Assembly: GCF_052173895.1 (NCBI RefSeq)
Contig: NZ_JBQMXS010000004.1
Span: 3,960-67,959 of the forward strand
Reading direction: 5' to 3'
Source: Catonella sp.
Lineage (GTDB): Bacteria; Bacillota; Clostridia; Lachnospirales; Lachnospiraceae
DNA length: 64,000 nucleotides
The translations under genes were made by a program, and so were the position numbers. Of the stretch, positions 1 to 9,506 are shown piece by piece. Positions within the stretch are counted from its first letter, which is position 1, and every line of letters starts with the position of its first letter. The notes under the pieces were generated by a model. That model worked only from the letters and a program-made list of their open reading frames with translations, did not search any database and was not told where the DNA came from.

Positions 1-1
1 T

Positions 2-1393
2 TTTGATTTAAAGAAAGAAAGTTCTGAAGGTTCATTGTTTGTATGGAGCAGAGATAATGATGTAAAGAACAATTACTATTATTATGAAAAATTATTGAAG
101 GACTGCGACTACTTTAAAAATGTTAAGTTTAGCGAGTGGATTAAAAGTCGTCAGAGATGGAAAGTACTGACGGATGAGGAAATCAATAATCTTGAAGCAA
201 GTTTAAAAATACAGTATTATTTTAAAAAGGATATACCTAAAGAACCTAAAAAATATATTTGGAAGTATGCAACATTACCATTAATTAAGGAGAATGATAA
301 ATATCCTGCTATCATTGTTAATGCACCATTTGCAACTGATATTTCAAGAAATAATACGGAGGGTAGTGCCAAAAATAAAGAATATACTGAAGCTTTAGAT
401 TCAATTATAAAATCTCAGTTTGCTAATGCTGTAATGGAGGCATCCAACAAAGAGCAAAAGTATTTTAAGGAAAAAGAGGGAGGGATACTGTTTTATTTAA
501 TAGGACTTGATGAATATTTAGATGAGATAAAAGATAAGGAAATTTTCTCTTGTTATTGTAAGGATAATGAGAATCAGATAGTGGAGCTAAAAAAAGCGTT
601 AATGGATATAACCGTAATCAATGATCATTTAATATACTCACTCCTAGAAAATCTGGAAAAAGACAAATTTATAACAGCAATAAATAAAATATGTAGTTAT
701 GATAATAATGTAGATAAAAAACAAATCAGGGATAGTTTTATTTTATCTATTATGAAAGATAAAGCAGTTTTGAAGAAAACGGATATGGTTAATTATGATG
801 AAATTGATGAAATAGAAAACAAGATTAAGATTTATAACAAAGAAAATCAAAAGCTAAATACTTATAACCAAGAAAATCAAGAGCTAAATACTCAAAATTT
901 GATTGAGTCTTTTATTAAAGAGCTGAAATTACCTGATGAATGGATCGAGGTAGGTGATGAAAATGAGTTTATGAAGTTTCTTAAAAGTATTTGGAAAAAA
1001 ATCTATAAAGAATGGGGGGATTTTGACAGAACCTGCCCTATCTATCCTTTTATTGATAAAAATGATAATGGTGGGAAGGTTACAAAATTCGCTGAATTAA
1101 AAAAAGATTTTTGGTATTTTGACATAGAAATGAAACATTATTCTACTGATTACTATAAGATAATTGATTTGGACTGGCTATCTAAAAGGCAAAATGAATC
1201 AACTGATAGAAATGACGCATTAAAGGTTTTTGATACAACAAGAGATGAGGAAATAAAGAAGTATTCAAAAGAAGTCGAAAAGAAACATCTCGAGGAGCTT
1301 TTAGAGAAAGAACAAAAATATACTGATGAATTTTGGAAGATTCTAAAAAAAATTTATGACTTGAAGCAGGGAGGGGAATACGATTGGAAATAA
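2..1393 (+). CDS. 5'-truncated large protein, probable C-terminal part of a sacsin/HATPase-like (NOV-like) protein
   Basis: The frame is open from base 2 (ttt gat tta aag...), so the start lies outside the window. The segment 'YATLPL...IIVNAPFATDISR' resembles the xNAPFxTDxSR motif that follows the GHKL domain in bacterial sacsin-like proteins. Confidence 0.45.
   Translation, partial: FDLKKESSEGSLFVWSRDNDVKNNYYYYEKLLKDCDYFKNVKFSEWIKSRQRWKVLTDEEINNLEASLKIQYYFKKDIPKEPKKYIWKYATLPLIKENDKYPAIIVNAPFATDISRNNTEGSAKNKEYTEALDSIIKSQFANAVMEASNKEQKYFKEKEGGILFYLIGLDEYLDEIKDKEIFSCYCKDNENQIVELKKALMDITVINDHLIYSLLENLEKDKFITAINKICSYDNNVDKKQIRDSFILSIMKDKAVLKKTDMVNYDEIDEIENKIKIYNKENQKLNTYNQENQELNTQNLIESFIKELKLPDEWIEVGDENEFMKFLKSIWKKIYKEWGDFDRTCPIYPFIDKNDNGGKVTKFAELKKDFWYFDIEMKHYSTDYYKIIDLDWLSKRQNESTDRNDALKVFDTTRDEEIKKYSKEVEKKHLEELLEKEQKYTDEFWKILKKIYDLKQGGEYDWK
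832..891 (+). repeat. 30-bp in-frame tandem duplication (YNKENQKLNT / YNQENQELNT)
   Basis: ttataacaaagaaaatcaaaagctaaatac is followed by ttataaccaagaaaatcaagagctaaatac (2 mismatches). Confidence 0.9.
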
Positions 1394-3060
1394 ATAATAA
1401 TAGCTATAATTTGGTCAACTCATTGAAAGAGAAATTATTTTTAGAACCTAATTTTTTTGGAGCCGAAATCGAACTTGAAGAGAAATTAATATCAACAGGC
1501 ATTGTTGAACTTGAAGGTAAACCTTCATCTTTTGTGGAAGTCGAAGATGACGATTTTTATTCATTTATTATGGGACGTGGAATTCCTACGAATTTTGTTG
1601 GTATTGAAGATAAAGACTTTAATATAAGAACTAAAGAACTTTTGGACAGGTTAAACGAGCTAGATGACGAAGAAGAACAAAAGCTATTTGCTCGATTGAT
1701 TGAATATTTAATATATGACAAATACTGGTTGATACTTAATAGTGATGATGATAGAACAAATTTTTTAAATGTAATTAAAGAACACAAAAATGAGATTCCT
1801 ATTAAGAATATGGGGGGAGAATACACTAAAAATAATGATGATTCTGTGATTCTATTTGATGAAAAAAATGAAGATAGAGGTGAGTTTAAAAAGTTTTTCA
1901 TCGAACAAAAAGAAGATAAACATTATAATGAATATGTAGAGGCATTAGGAGTGAAGTCTCCTAAAGAATTTGTTCATAGTATTAAGTGGTTTGAGAAAAT
2001 TAATATTAATTTCGTGAAATATTTGTACCGGCGATATAAAGGGGAAGTGGATGAGAATGAATTGTTATCATATTTGAAGATAAAACTTGACTCAAAACTT
2101 GACTCAGAAGAGCGGAAATATGTTTTAGATTTTATTTTTGATTATGCTCTTTTAGAGAAGAAGCATGAATGGGAAGTTTATCTTCTTCTTAGACCTGACG
2201 AACTTATTAATTATGGAGAGAAGATAAACGATTTATATAGAGATAATGACCACAACAAAAATTGTATTGAGTTAGTTGGTTATATTGATAAAAATGGATA
2301 CAATGATATTATTTCAGAAATTATTAATGAAATTTTAGAGGAGTTAAAATTTGCTGATAATGAAAAAGTTGAAAGAATAAAGCATGACTTAAAAATAGAA
2401 AATATGGTTCTTTGTGTTTCAGAATCAAAACAGAAACCTGTTGGGTATACTGTATTGGCAGATGATAAAATATACTTATGGCATCAGTCAAACCACAGAA
2501 AATATAGAGAATGTATAATTAAGTATATTGTGGACAAATATGAAATTAAACTTGATACACGTTCATATTCTATGTCTGCAATCGATATGGATTCTTCTAT
2601 AGAAGTAGCAGATGTAGACCAAAATGATCTTGATGAATTATTAGCTCACGAAATTGAATGGAATAAAGAGGAAATTGATGTAAAAAAACGAATATTGATG
2701 GAACCATATTATTTCAAGAAGAAATTTTATCCGGGGTATGCAAAAACCTGCCCACTATGTAATAAGTTGGTTGTGACTGAAATTACATCGATGAGAATTA
2801 AGTCTATTTATATAAAAGAAGAAGAAACAAAATACAAGTATGATTTTATTTGTTGTAATACCTGTGCAGATTTATTTTATTATTGTGAAAATCAACCGGT
2901 TATAAAGGGATTAGATGAGATTGGGAATTTTAATTCGGAGATTCAGCTGGAGTTTTATTTTGAACCACATTATCGGTACACTCCTTATGAAATCAGCTTT
3001 AAACCAAGACCAGTTCATAGAAATGTTTTATTACGACAGAAGAAAGGGAGTAAAACTTAA
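1384..3060 (+). CDS. Hypothetical acidic protein with C-terminal CxxC...CxxC Zn finger (HNH-like arrangement)
   Basis: 558-aa ORF with a TTG start after a GGAGGGG SD. The C-terminus reads 'YPGYAKTCPLC...ICCNTCADLFYY'. Confidence 0.6.
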   Translation: MEINNNSYNLVNSLKEKLFLEPNFFGAEIELEEKLISTGIVELEGKPSSFVEVEDDDFYSFIMGRGIPTNFVGIEDKDFNIRTKELLDRLNELDDEEEQKLFARLIEYLIYDKYWLILNSDDDRTNFLNVIKEHKNEIPIKNMGGEYTKNNDDSVILFDEKNEDRGEFKKFFIEQKEDKHYNEYVEALGVKSPKEFVHSIKWFEKININFVKYLYRRYKGEVDENELLSYLKIKLDSKLDSEERKYVLDFIFDYALLEKKHEWEVYLLLRPDELINYGEKINDLYRDNDHNKNCIELVGYIDKNGYNDIISEIINEILEELKFADNEKVERIKHDLKIENMVLCVSESKQKPVGYTVLADDKIYLWHQSNHRKYRECIIKYIVDKYEIKLDTRSYSMSAIDMDSSIEVADVDQNDLDELLAHEIEWNKEEIDVKKRILMEPYYFKKKFYPGYAKTCPLCNKLVVTEITSMRIKSIYIKEEETKYKYDFICCNTCADLFYYCENQPVIKGLDEIGNFNSEIQLEFYFEPHYRYTPYEISFKPRPVHRNVLLRQKKGSKT

Positions 3061-5204
3061 TGAGAAGAGAAAAAGAGAAAATTCCATATGCCTTGTATAA
3101 TTGTCCATTGAGATTTAATCCTTTCCAGTACGAGCCTTTTTGGTTATGGAATAAACAAGATGATAAAAAAAGGATGTATATAGCTGATGAAGTTGGACTT
3201 GGTAAAACGATTGAAGTAGGAATAATCATTAAAGAAGAATTGATGAGAAAAGAAAATTGTGGGAAGTTTTTAATTGTGGCACCACGCTTTTTGTGTGAGC
3301 AATGGAAAGAACAATTATACGAACTATTCAATATAAAAAGTATTATATATCCTTCTAAGAAGAAAAATGAGGATATGTATGATGTTATTGTATTACCAAT
3401 ATCGCGTTTGAAGGATTTTAAAGACAATAAAGAGGAAATGTTGAAATGTGTTAGTACAATAATAGTGGATGAAGCTCATTATTTTAGAAATTGTTCAGAT
3501 ACTGCAAGATATGAGAATCTCAGAAAAATTATTAACCAAATCAGCAATAGGGTATTTATGTCTGCAACACCTATAAATAATTATTCGACTGATTGGGAAA
3601 ATCAAATAAAATTGTTGAGTCCAAACTCAAATAGTGAAGATTTTAACAATTTGACACATAGTAAAAAATCGGAAGCTTTTCCGTATTGTAAAATAAGAGA
3701 AATAAATACAATCTATTGTTCTTTGACTTACGAAGAGAAGGAATTTTATAATACTACTGATATGATTTCAGATACAGAGTTTGCAAAGACTATATTTAGG
3801 CATATAGGCGCCAGTAGTTTATATGCATTAGACTGTTGCTACAAAAATAATGGTTTTGATGAATTAGAGTGGGGAATGATAAAAGAATCATTTTCAGAAG
3901 ATTTGAATTGTGACCTGAAAGAGATTGGAGAAATAGAGACGGATAAAAAAACACCGGATAAAGATAGTAAAGCGGAAAAACTTTATGATATCCTTAATAA
4001 AAAAATGCTAAACGAAGAGACCAACAATAAAACAGTAATTTTTGCTCATTATCTTGCTACCTGTGAATATTTGGTTGAATATCTGGCGGGAAAAGATGAA
4101 TTTTATATTGACTCAAATAGGTCTTCTTGTAATGAAAAGATTAGAATATTTTCAATTAAAGGAAAGATGAGTCAAATAGAGCAACAAAGGATAGCAAAGC
4201 AGTTTAAGGAATATCCTGGGAAGGCTATCTTAATTTGTAGTGATGTTTGTAAGGAGGGTGTTAATCTCCAATGTGCCAACATATTAATTAATTATGATTT
4301 GCCGTTCAATCCGGCAATTATGGAACAAAGAATTGGTCGTGTGGATAGAGTAGGGCAATCTAAGGATATATATATTTATAATTTTGTAGTAGAGGACACA
4401 TATGATATTACAGTATACTATCAATTTATTCTAGGCAAGTTGGATACTATACATTATTTTTCTGAAAAATTAGGGTTGAATGAACTTAAAATTACTAGTG
4501 AAGATAGTAAAGATGATGAAGATAAAATTATTGGAGACTCTATAAATAAAGCATATGAATTTGCAAAAAATTACAAGCGCAATGTAAACGATGGAGATAT
4601 AGATTCAGAAAATAAAAAACTTAGTGAGTTAAAGGAATATCTAACTAATTACTTACTATCTGCAAAAAGTCTAAAACTTCAAGGGGTAGAAGAAAAACAA
4701 AGATATCTTTGTGAAAAGAAAAATCTGGAAGATAAAGAAATAATTGACAATATAGAATGGTGGATAACTGAAGTAATTAAAATTAAAAAAATTATGAAGA
4801 CAGAGGAAAATATTGATTCATTTAACGATAAGCTTGCTTGGTTTAATGAAACATATGGAGAGCCGGATAACAGAGATTATGAAATTACTATTAGTAAAGA
4901 TCAGATAATACAACTATTTCAGATAGGTGAAAATAGAAGATGGCTTAAGGGATTCTTAAATTTAGATGAGAAAAATGGTGGATTTGACGTATATAAATAT
5001 CTTGAAAATACTCAGGATATTGACGGGGCAAAAGAAAAACTTGTGGTAAAAGAAAGTCCGGTGACAATATCTTATGACTATCTTGATCCTGAAATAAATA
5101 AAACAGGAATGTGTGATAAAGATTGGGATGAGTATTTAGAGCAGTTTGTGCCATATGAGATAAAGGATTTAATAGAAAACCGGCAAATAAATAGTAACTG
5201 CTAA
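3060..5204 (+). CDS. SNF2-family (RapA/DrmD-like) helicase/ATPase
   Basis: Motifs IADEVGLGKT (I), IVAP..LCEQW (Ia), IIVDEAH (II), MSATP (III), EGVNLQ (V) and NYDLPFNP..EQRIGRVDRVGQ (VI). TAATG overlap with the upstream gene. Confidence 0.9.
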   Translation: MRREKEKIPYALYNCPLRFNPFQYEPFWLWNKQDDKKRMYIADEVGLGKTIEVGIIIKEELMRKENCGKFLIVAPRFLCEQWKEQLYELFNIKSIIYPSKKKNEDMYDVIVLPISRLKDFKDNKEEMLKCVSTIIVDEAHYFRNCSDTARYENLRKIINQISNRVFMSATPINNYSTDWENQIKLLSPNSNSEDFNNLTHSKKSEAFPYCKIREINTIYCSLTYEEKEFYNTTDMISDTEFAKTIFRHIGASSLYALDCCYKNNGFDELEWGMIKESFSEDLNCDLKEIGEIETDKKTPDKDSKAEKLYDILNKKMLNEETNNKTVIFAHYLATCEYLVEYLAGKDEFYIDSNRSSCNEKIRIFSIKGKMSQIEQQRIAKQFKEYPGKAILICSDVCKEGVNLQCANILINYDLPFNPAIMEQRIGRVDRVGQSKDIYIYNFVVEDTYDITVYYQFILGKLDTIHYFSEKLGLNELKITSEDSKDDEDKIIGDSINKAYEFAKNYKRNVNDGDIDSENKKLSELKEYLTNYLLSAKSLKLQGVEEKQRYLCEKKNLEDKEIIDNIEWWITEVIKIKKIMKTEENIDSFNDKLAWFNETYGEPDNRDYEITISKDQIIQLFQIGENRRWLKGFLNLDEKNGGFDVYKYLENTQDIDGAKEKLVVKESPVTISYDYLDPEINKTGMCDKDWDEYLEQFVPYEIKDLIENRQINSNC

Positions 5205-5281
5205 GGCATTGTGATAGAGGATTATGACACCTATATCATAAATTATATAAAAGATAAAATAAATTTAGGAGGTATGAGATT

Positions 5282-5572
5282 ATGTCAGAATATATGATAA
5301 CAAAATCATCAATCATCAACCGCTGTAACAAAGACGGTAAACTTCATCTCCTTTTTACTGAAAGAGAGCGACCTTGTAGTGAAGCGTATTTAAAAGAGTT
5401 ATATGACAACGATGGCAATAAATGTAGCAGATATTTTATTGATATTTCATCTATAGAAGAAGCTGATGAACTTGGTGATAAATATGATGTGGATGTTCTT
5501 ATTACAAGAAATCTTGACTTTGATGGGATTATATCCTTAGTATTATATGATGAGGAGATAAAGCAGAATTAG
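5282..5572 (+). CDS. Hypothetical protein (96 aa)
   Basis: Strong AGGAGG SD upstream. No recognised motif. Confidence 0.65.
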   Translation: MSEYMITKSSIINRCNKDGKLHLLFTERERPCSEAYLKELYDNDGNKCSRYFIDISSIEEADELGDKYDVDVLITRNLDFDGIISLVLYDEEIKQN

Positions 5573-5588
5573 GAATAGAGGTTCAACT

Positions 5589-6284
5589 ATGATAAAAAAA
5601 AGACCGAAATGTATTTTATTTGATTTTGATAGGACAATGGTTTTTCTTTATAGTGATCGGAATTTATTGTCCGAATTAGGAAGGCTGATGACAGAATTCT
5701 ATTGTGAGTATATTCCTCTAGAGTATGATTCTGTTAAAGATGGATATTTTGTTTGGCATGAAGCGCATAGAGAGGTTGAAAAAAAATATGATTCTGTTAA
5801 GGCATTGGAAATTAATAGAAAAGCAGAACAAATAGTAACAAGTTTCGAAATGAAATTGGTAAAAGAAAAGCAATTATTTGCAGATGTTGTTGATACGATA
5901 AAAAAAATGTATGATGAAGGTGTATGTCTAGGCATTGTTTCAAGTAATAGCACCAGTATTATAGAGGCAAAACTTCAATGCGAAGGAATTATAGATTGTT
6001 TTAAGGTGATATATGGAAGAGAGATTCCGTTTGATCCTGATAAATTAAAACCAAGTTCGTATCCACTTATTTCGGCAATAAATGAACTTGGATTCGACAA
6101 AACGGAAGTTTGGTATGTTGGGGATGATATTATTGATATTGATGCTGCAAGAAGAGCTGGAATATCAGTGGTTGGAATGGCAACAGGTAATTATACTATG
6201 GAAGAATTATGCGAAAGAGGGGCTGACATAACAGCTGATTCAATGAAATCACTATATAAATATTTTGAAATACTGGAGATATAA
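5589..6284 (+). CDS. HAD-family hydrolase (phosphoglycolate phosphatase-like)
   Basis: HAD motifs ILFDFDRT (I), IVSSN (II), KP (III) and YVGDDIIDIDAARRAG (IV). Confidence 0.9.
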   Translation: MIKKRPKCILFDFDRTMVFLYSDRNLLSELGRLMTEFYCEYIPLEYDSVKDGYFVWHEAHREVEKKYDSVKALEINRKAEQIVTSFEMKLVKEKQLFADVVDTIKKMYDEGVCLGIVSSNSTSIIEAKLQCEGIIDCFKVIYGREIPFDPDKLKPSSYPLISAINELGFDKTEVWYVGDDIIDIDAARRAGISVVGMATGNYTMEELCERGADITADSMKSLYKYFEILEI

Positions 6285-6290
6285 TATAAA

Positions 6291-6887
6291 ATGAATATTT
6301 ATTTAATTAGACATGCACAGACTACAATGAATGCAAAGGGGAAAGTCTTTTCAGGAATATCAGATGTTTCTTTATCAACTAATGGGATAGAATGTACGCA
6401 AAAAATTGCAAATAGTGGATTGTGGGATGAAATAGAACATATATATATATCTCCATTAATTCGCACCAGACAAACAGCAGATATTTTATTTGGGACAAAT
6501 AATACATATACAGTAGTTAATGAATTTGCTGAGATGGATTTTGGAGATTACGAAGGAAAAAGCATGCCTATTGATTATGTGTCAGACCCTATTTTCTTCA
6601 AATGGGTCAATGATCCCGAAAATTTGTCATTTCCTAATGGAGGAAATTTGAAAGTTCATGCAATGAACGCTTATAAAGCTTTGAAAAATATTGCTGAGAA
6701 TAAAGAATATACTAATGTGGCGATTGTATCTCATGCTACGACAATACGGTTGATTTTATCAATAATATTAACTGATAGTATTTTAAATTTTAGGAAAATT
6801 CCTTGTGATAATATTGGTGTTTCACTTATTACAGTGGATCAAGGATGTGCAAAGGTAAAATATATTAATGCACCTATTGGTATTTAG
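6291..6887 (+). CDS. Histidine phosphatase family protein (GpmB/CobC-like)
   Basis: IYLIRHAQT, SPLIRTRQTA, EMDFGDYEG and IVSHA motifs. Confidence 0.9.
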   Translation: MNIYLIRHAQTTMNAKGKVFSGISDVSLSTNGIECTQKIANSGLWDEIEHIYISPLIRTRQTADILFGTNNTYTVVNEFAEMDFGDYEGKSMPIDYVSDPIFFKWVNDPENLSFPNGGNLKVHAMNAYKALKNIAENKEYTNVAIVSHATTIRLILSIILTDSILNFRKIPCDNIGVSLITVDQGCAKVKYINAPIGI

Positions 6888-6905
6888 AGGAGGATATAAT
6901 ATTTT

Positions 6906-9506
6906 ATGGGAAAGAAAACAATTAGAAAGGATATTTTATCGATTGAGGAAGAACCCTTTTTTGACAGAGATGAGGCAAGAAAAGAATTTTGGAGATGTTA
7001 TGACGAAGTTAAAGAAACTGGTAACTTTCAAGTAATTATGTACTATGGGCTTGGTGGAATGGGGAAAAGTTCTCTTTTGCATCAACTTGAAAAGGAAGTT
7101 AAAGAAAGGGATAAAAAGTCTGTATATGTATATTATGATTTTAATGATGGTCAAGATTCAGTAGTTGTATTGAGGAGAATTGCAAAAGATTTACAAGATA
7201 ATTATAACATGAAATTTCCTATATTTTTATATGCAGTATATGCTTATATGGTTAAATGTGGTATAAATTCAGAACAAAATGAGATAAAAAGTGTGTTGGA
7301 CGACATCCCTGTTTTGAGAGAGGCATTTGAAGTTATGAATTTTTTGCCAGGTATCAGTACTTTTTCGCAACCTATTGAATGGCTGGTGGATAAAGTGTGT
7401 GGTACTGTTCAAAAGGTAAAAAAGTTTAAAGCTAAGGAAATGATTGAAATAATTAATAATGCTTCGAAGGAAAAACTGCATGATATCATATCAGGATTAT
7501 TTATTACTGAAATGAATGAGAATTTAAATGAATTAGGGAATCCTATCTTTGTATTAGTTTTGGATACATACGAGAGATTAGTTAATGAACTATCTGCAAT
7601 AGGGACACCATTAGAAAATGATTTGTGGCTTCGTGATGATAATGACGGTATTTTATTACATATAGAGAACCTAGTTTGCGTATTAGCAGGACGTGAAGAA
7701 TTAAAATGGAGAAATATAGATTCGGACTGGGATGATGAAGTTTTGTCGCAGATTGAGATTGATACACTTGATGAATATTACTCAGTTCAACTTCTGGAAA
7801 GACATAATATAAAAGAAGATAATATACAAAGAAAAATATTGGAGGTTACAAACGGTATGCCTCTATATTTGGATATTTGTGTCGATACTTATAAAAGTGT
7901 AAAGTCAAGAGAAGATAGTATAACTATTGATTTATTTGATAATAAAATTGAGAAAATGGCAAAGAGATTGCTTACATATATGTCAGATGAAGAAAAAGAT
8001 GTGTTGTATTTATTATCTTGTCTAGGACGTTGGGATGACGATGAGTTTTTTAAAATAAATGATATATTATACAGAGATGCAGTTAATACAAGGATATATC
8101 AAAAGATATTAGAATTAACATTTGTACGTCAAGATCCTGATGGCTATTATATTCATCAAACAATGCAAGAAATAATGATTCAATATTGTGAATTGAAAAA
8201 AATCTATAAGTTTGTGCAAGCTATCTATAATTGTGCAGATTTAGTTACAACAGAAGGATACAAGTATATTTATTTAGTTTCAAAAATATGTGCCATAAGA
8301 AAAGATAAAGAGTTGATAACCTGGTGGATGAATAATATTATTCCTGTACTGGAGTTATATATAGATACATTTTATTTAAGCCAATTTATAACAATATATG
8401 AGTTGTTATTTGAGATTATAGATGATTATAGTTTGAATTCGTTATATTTGAATTATTTGTTAAAAAAAGGAGATTATGTTAATTCTAATACTTACATTGA
8501 AAAAAATAAGAGAATTTTAGAGAAAAATGATAATTTGAATTCATTACAATTTATGCTAACTGCATCATATTATTATTACATAAAAGGAAGAGATTCTGAG
8601 GCTATGGAGTTGAGACAATATGTTTATGATAAAAGAATGGAAACTTTGGGAGCTAGTCATCGAGATACTGTAAGGACAGGATTAGCATTAGCAGCATCTC
8701 TTTCTAGAGTTGGAAAATATAGTGAATCTATTGTATTGGGTAATAGTTGTAGAGAACTATTAAAAGATAGTAATGGTGGGTATGATTCGATCATTTCAGT
8801 TGCAAAGAATCAGCTGGGTGACTCCTATTTTCGTTTAGGTAAATTTGATGATGCATTAACTGTATATGAAGAAGTTTATAGGAATAGAAAAGAATGGCTA
8901 GGAAAAAAGAATAATTCTACTATGATAGCATATAATCACATTGCAGATTGTTATGTATGCATTGGTAAACATGATGAAGCACTCAGGATATATAATGAGG
9001 TATTGAGTGTTCGTATTTCTGAGCTTAATATTGAGGAAGCCTATGAGTATTTTGTAGATGGAACTGCTTATATGTCACATGACCATGCTGATACTGTAAT
9101 TGTATATAATAATATGGCAGTATGCCTTATGTATTTAAATAAATGGAATGAAGCAAAAACAATTTTAAAAGAAGTTGTAGCCAAAAGAAGAGCTTTACTT
9201 GCTGACACTGCTCCTGCAACCTTGGGAGCTATGGAAAATTTAGCAATTTGTGAGTATTACTTAGGTGAATATGATAATGCTATTTTTCATATTCGATATG
9301 TAGTAGACTCCTTGAAAAATAGCATATCGGAAGACCATTATGACATGATTATAGCTAGGTATCATATGAGTTTGATAGAAAGTAATAATAAATGGGATTT
9401 TGAAAAAGAATTCGGAGAACATCTTTCATTTAATGTATTTTATAGTAAACTGATTAAAGAAGGCAGTTTTATCGGATACTTTAGTTTAGGGAGATATTAT
9501 GAGTAA
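6906..9506 (+). CDS. STAND-like P-loop NTPase with C-terminal TPR repeats
   Basis: FFDR, Walker A YGLGGMGKS, Walker B VLVLDTYE, sensor AGRE and GxP motif TNGMPLYL. The C-terminal kinesin-light-chain-like TPRs include 'LGASHRDT', 'HADTVIVYNNMA' and 'APATLGAMENLA'. Confidence 0.8.
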   Translation: MGKKTIRKDILSIEEEPFFDRDEARKEFWRCYDEVKETGNFQVIMYYGLGGMGKSSLLHQLEKEVKERDKKSVYVYYDFNDGQDSVVVLRRIAKDLQDNYNMKFPIFLYAVYAYMVKCGINSEQNEIKSVLDDIPVLREAFEVMNFLPGISTFSQPIEWLVDKVCGTVQKVKKFKAKEMIEIINNASKEKLHDIISGLFITEMNENLNELGNPIFVLVLDTYERLVNELSAIGTPLENDLWLRDDNDGILLHIENLVCVLAGREELKWRNIDSDWDDEVLSQIEIDTLDEYYSVQLLERHNIKEDNIQRKILEVTNGMPLYLDICVDTYKSVKSREDSITIDLFDNKIEKMAKRLLTYMSDEEKDVLYLLSCLGRWDDDEFFKINDILYRDAVNTRIYQKILELTFVRQDPDGYYIHQTMQEIMIQYCELKKIYKFVQAIYNCADLVTTEGYKYIYLVSKICAIRKDKELITWWMNNIIPVLELYIDTFYLSQFITIYELLFEIIDDYSLNSLYLNYLLKKGDYVNSNTYIEKNKRILEKNDNLNSLQFMLTASYYYYIKGRDSEAMELRQYVYDKRMETLGASHRDTVRTGLALAASLSRVGKYSESIVLGNSCRELLKDSNGGYDSIISVAKNQLGDSYFRLGKFDDALTVYEEVYRNRKEWLGKKNNSTMIAYNHIADCYVCIGKHDEALRIYNEVLSVRISELNIEEAYEYFVDGTAYMSHDHADTVIVYNNMAVCLMYLNKWNEAKTILKEVVAKRRALLADTAPATLGAMENLAICEYYLGEYDNAIFHIRYVVDSLKNSISEDHYDMIIARYHMSLIESNNKWDFEKEFGEHLSFNVFYSKLIKEGSFIGYFSLGRYYE

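Noticed and set aside
1384..1393. Frameshift splitting one large gene into ORFs 2-1393 and 1384-3060
   Set aside because: A strong GGAGGGG SD precedes a TTG start, so two coupled genes is the simpler reading. This cannot be fully excluded without homologues.
3060..5204. Naming the SNF2 gene as DISARM drmD or rapA
   Set aside because: No methylase or DrmA/B/C is visible in the window, and there is no RapA N-terminal region. Partners could lie beyond the left edge.
5212..5238. Hairpin TGATAGAGG-9-CCTATATCA after the SNF2 gene as a terminator or cassette copy
   Set aside because: The stem is imperfect, lacks a U-tract and does not match the ATCTGTCAA palindrome.
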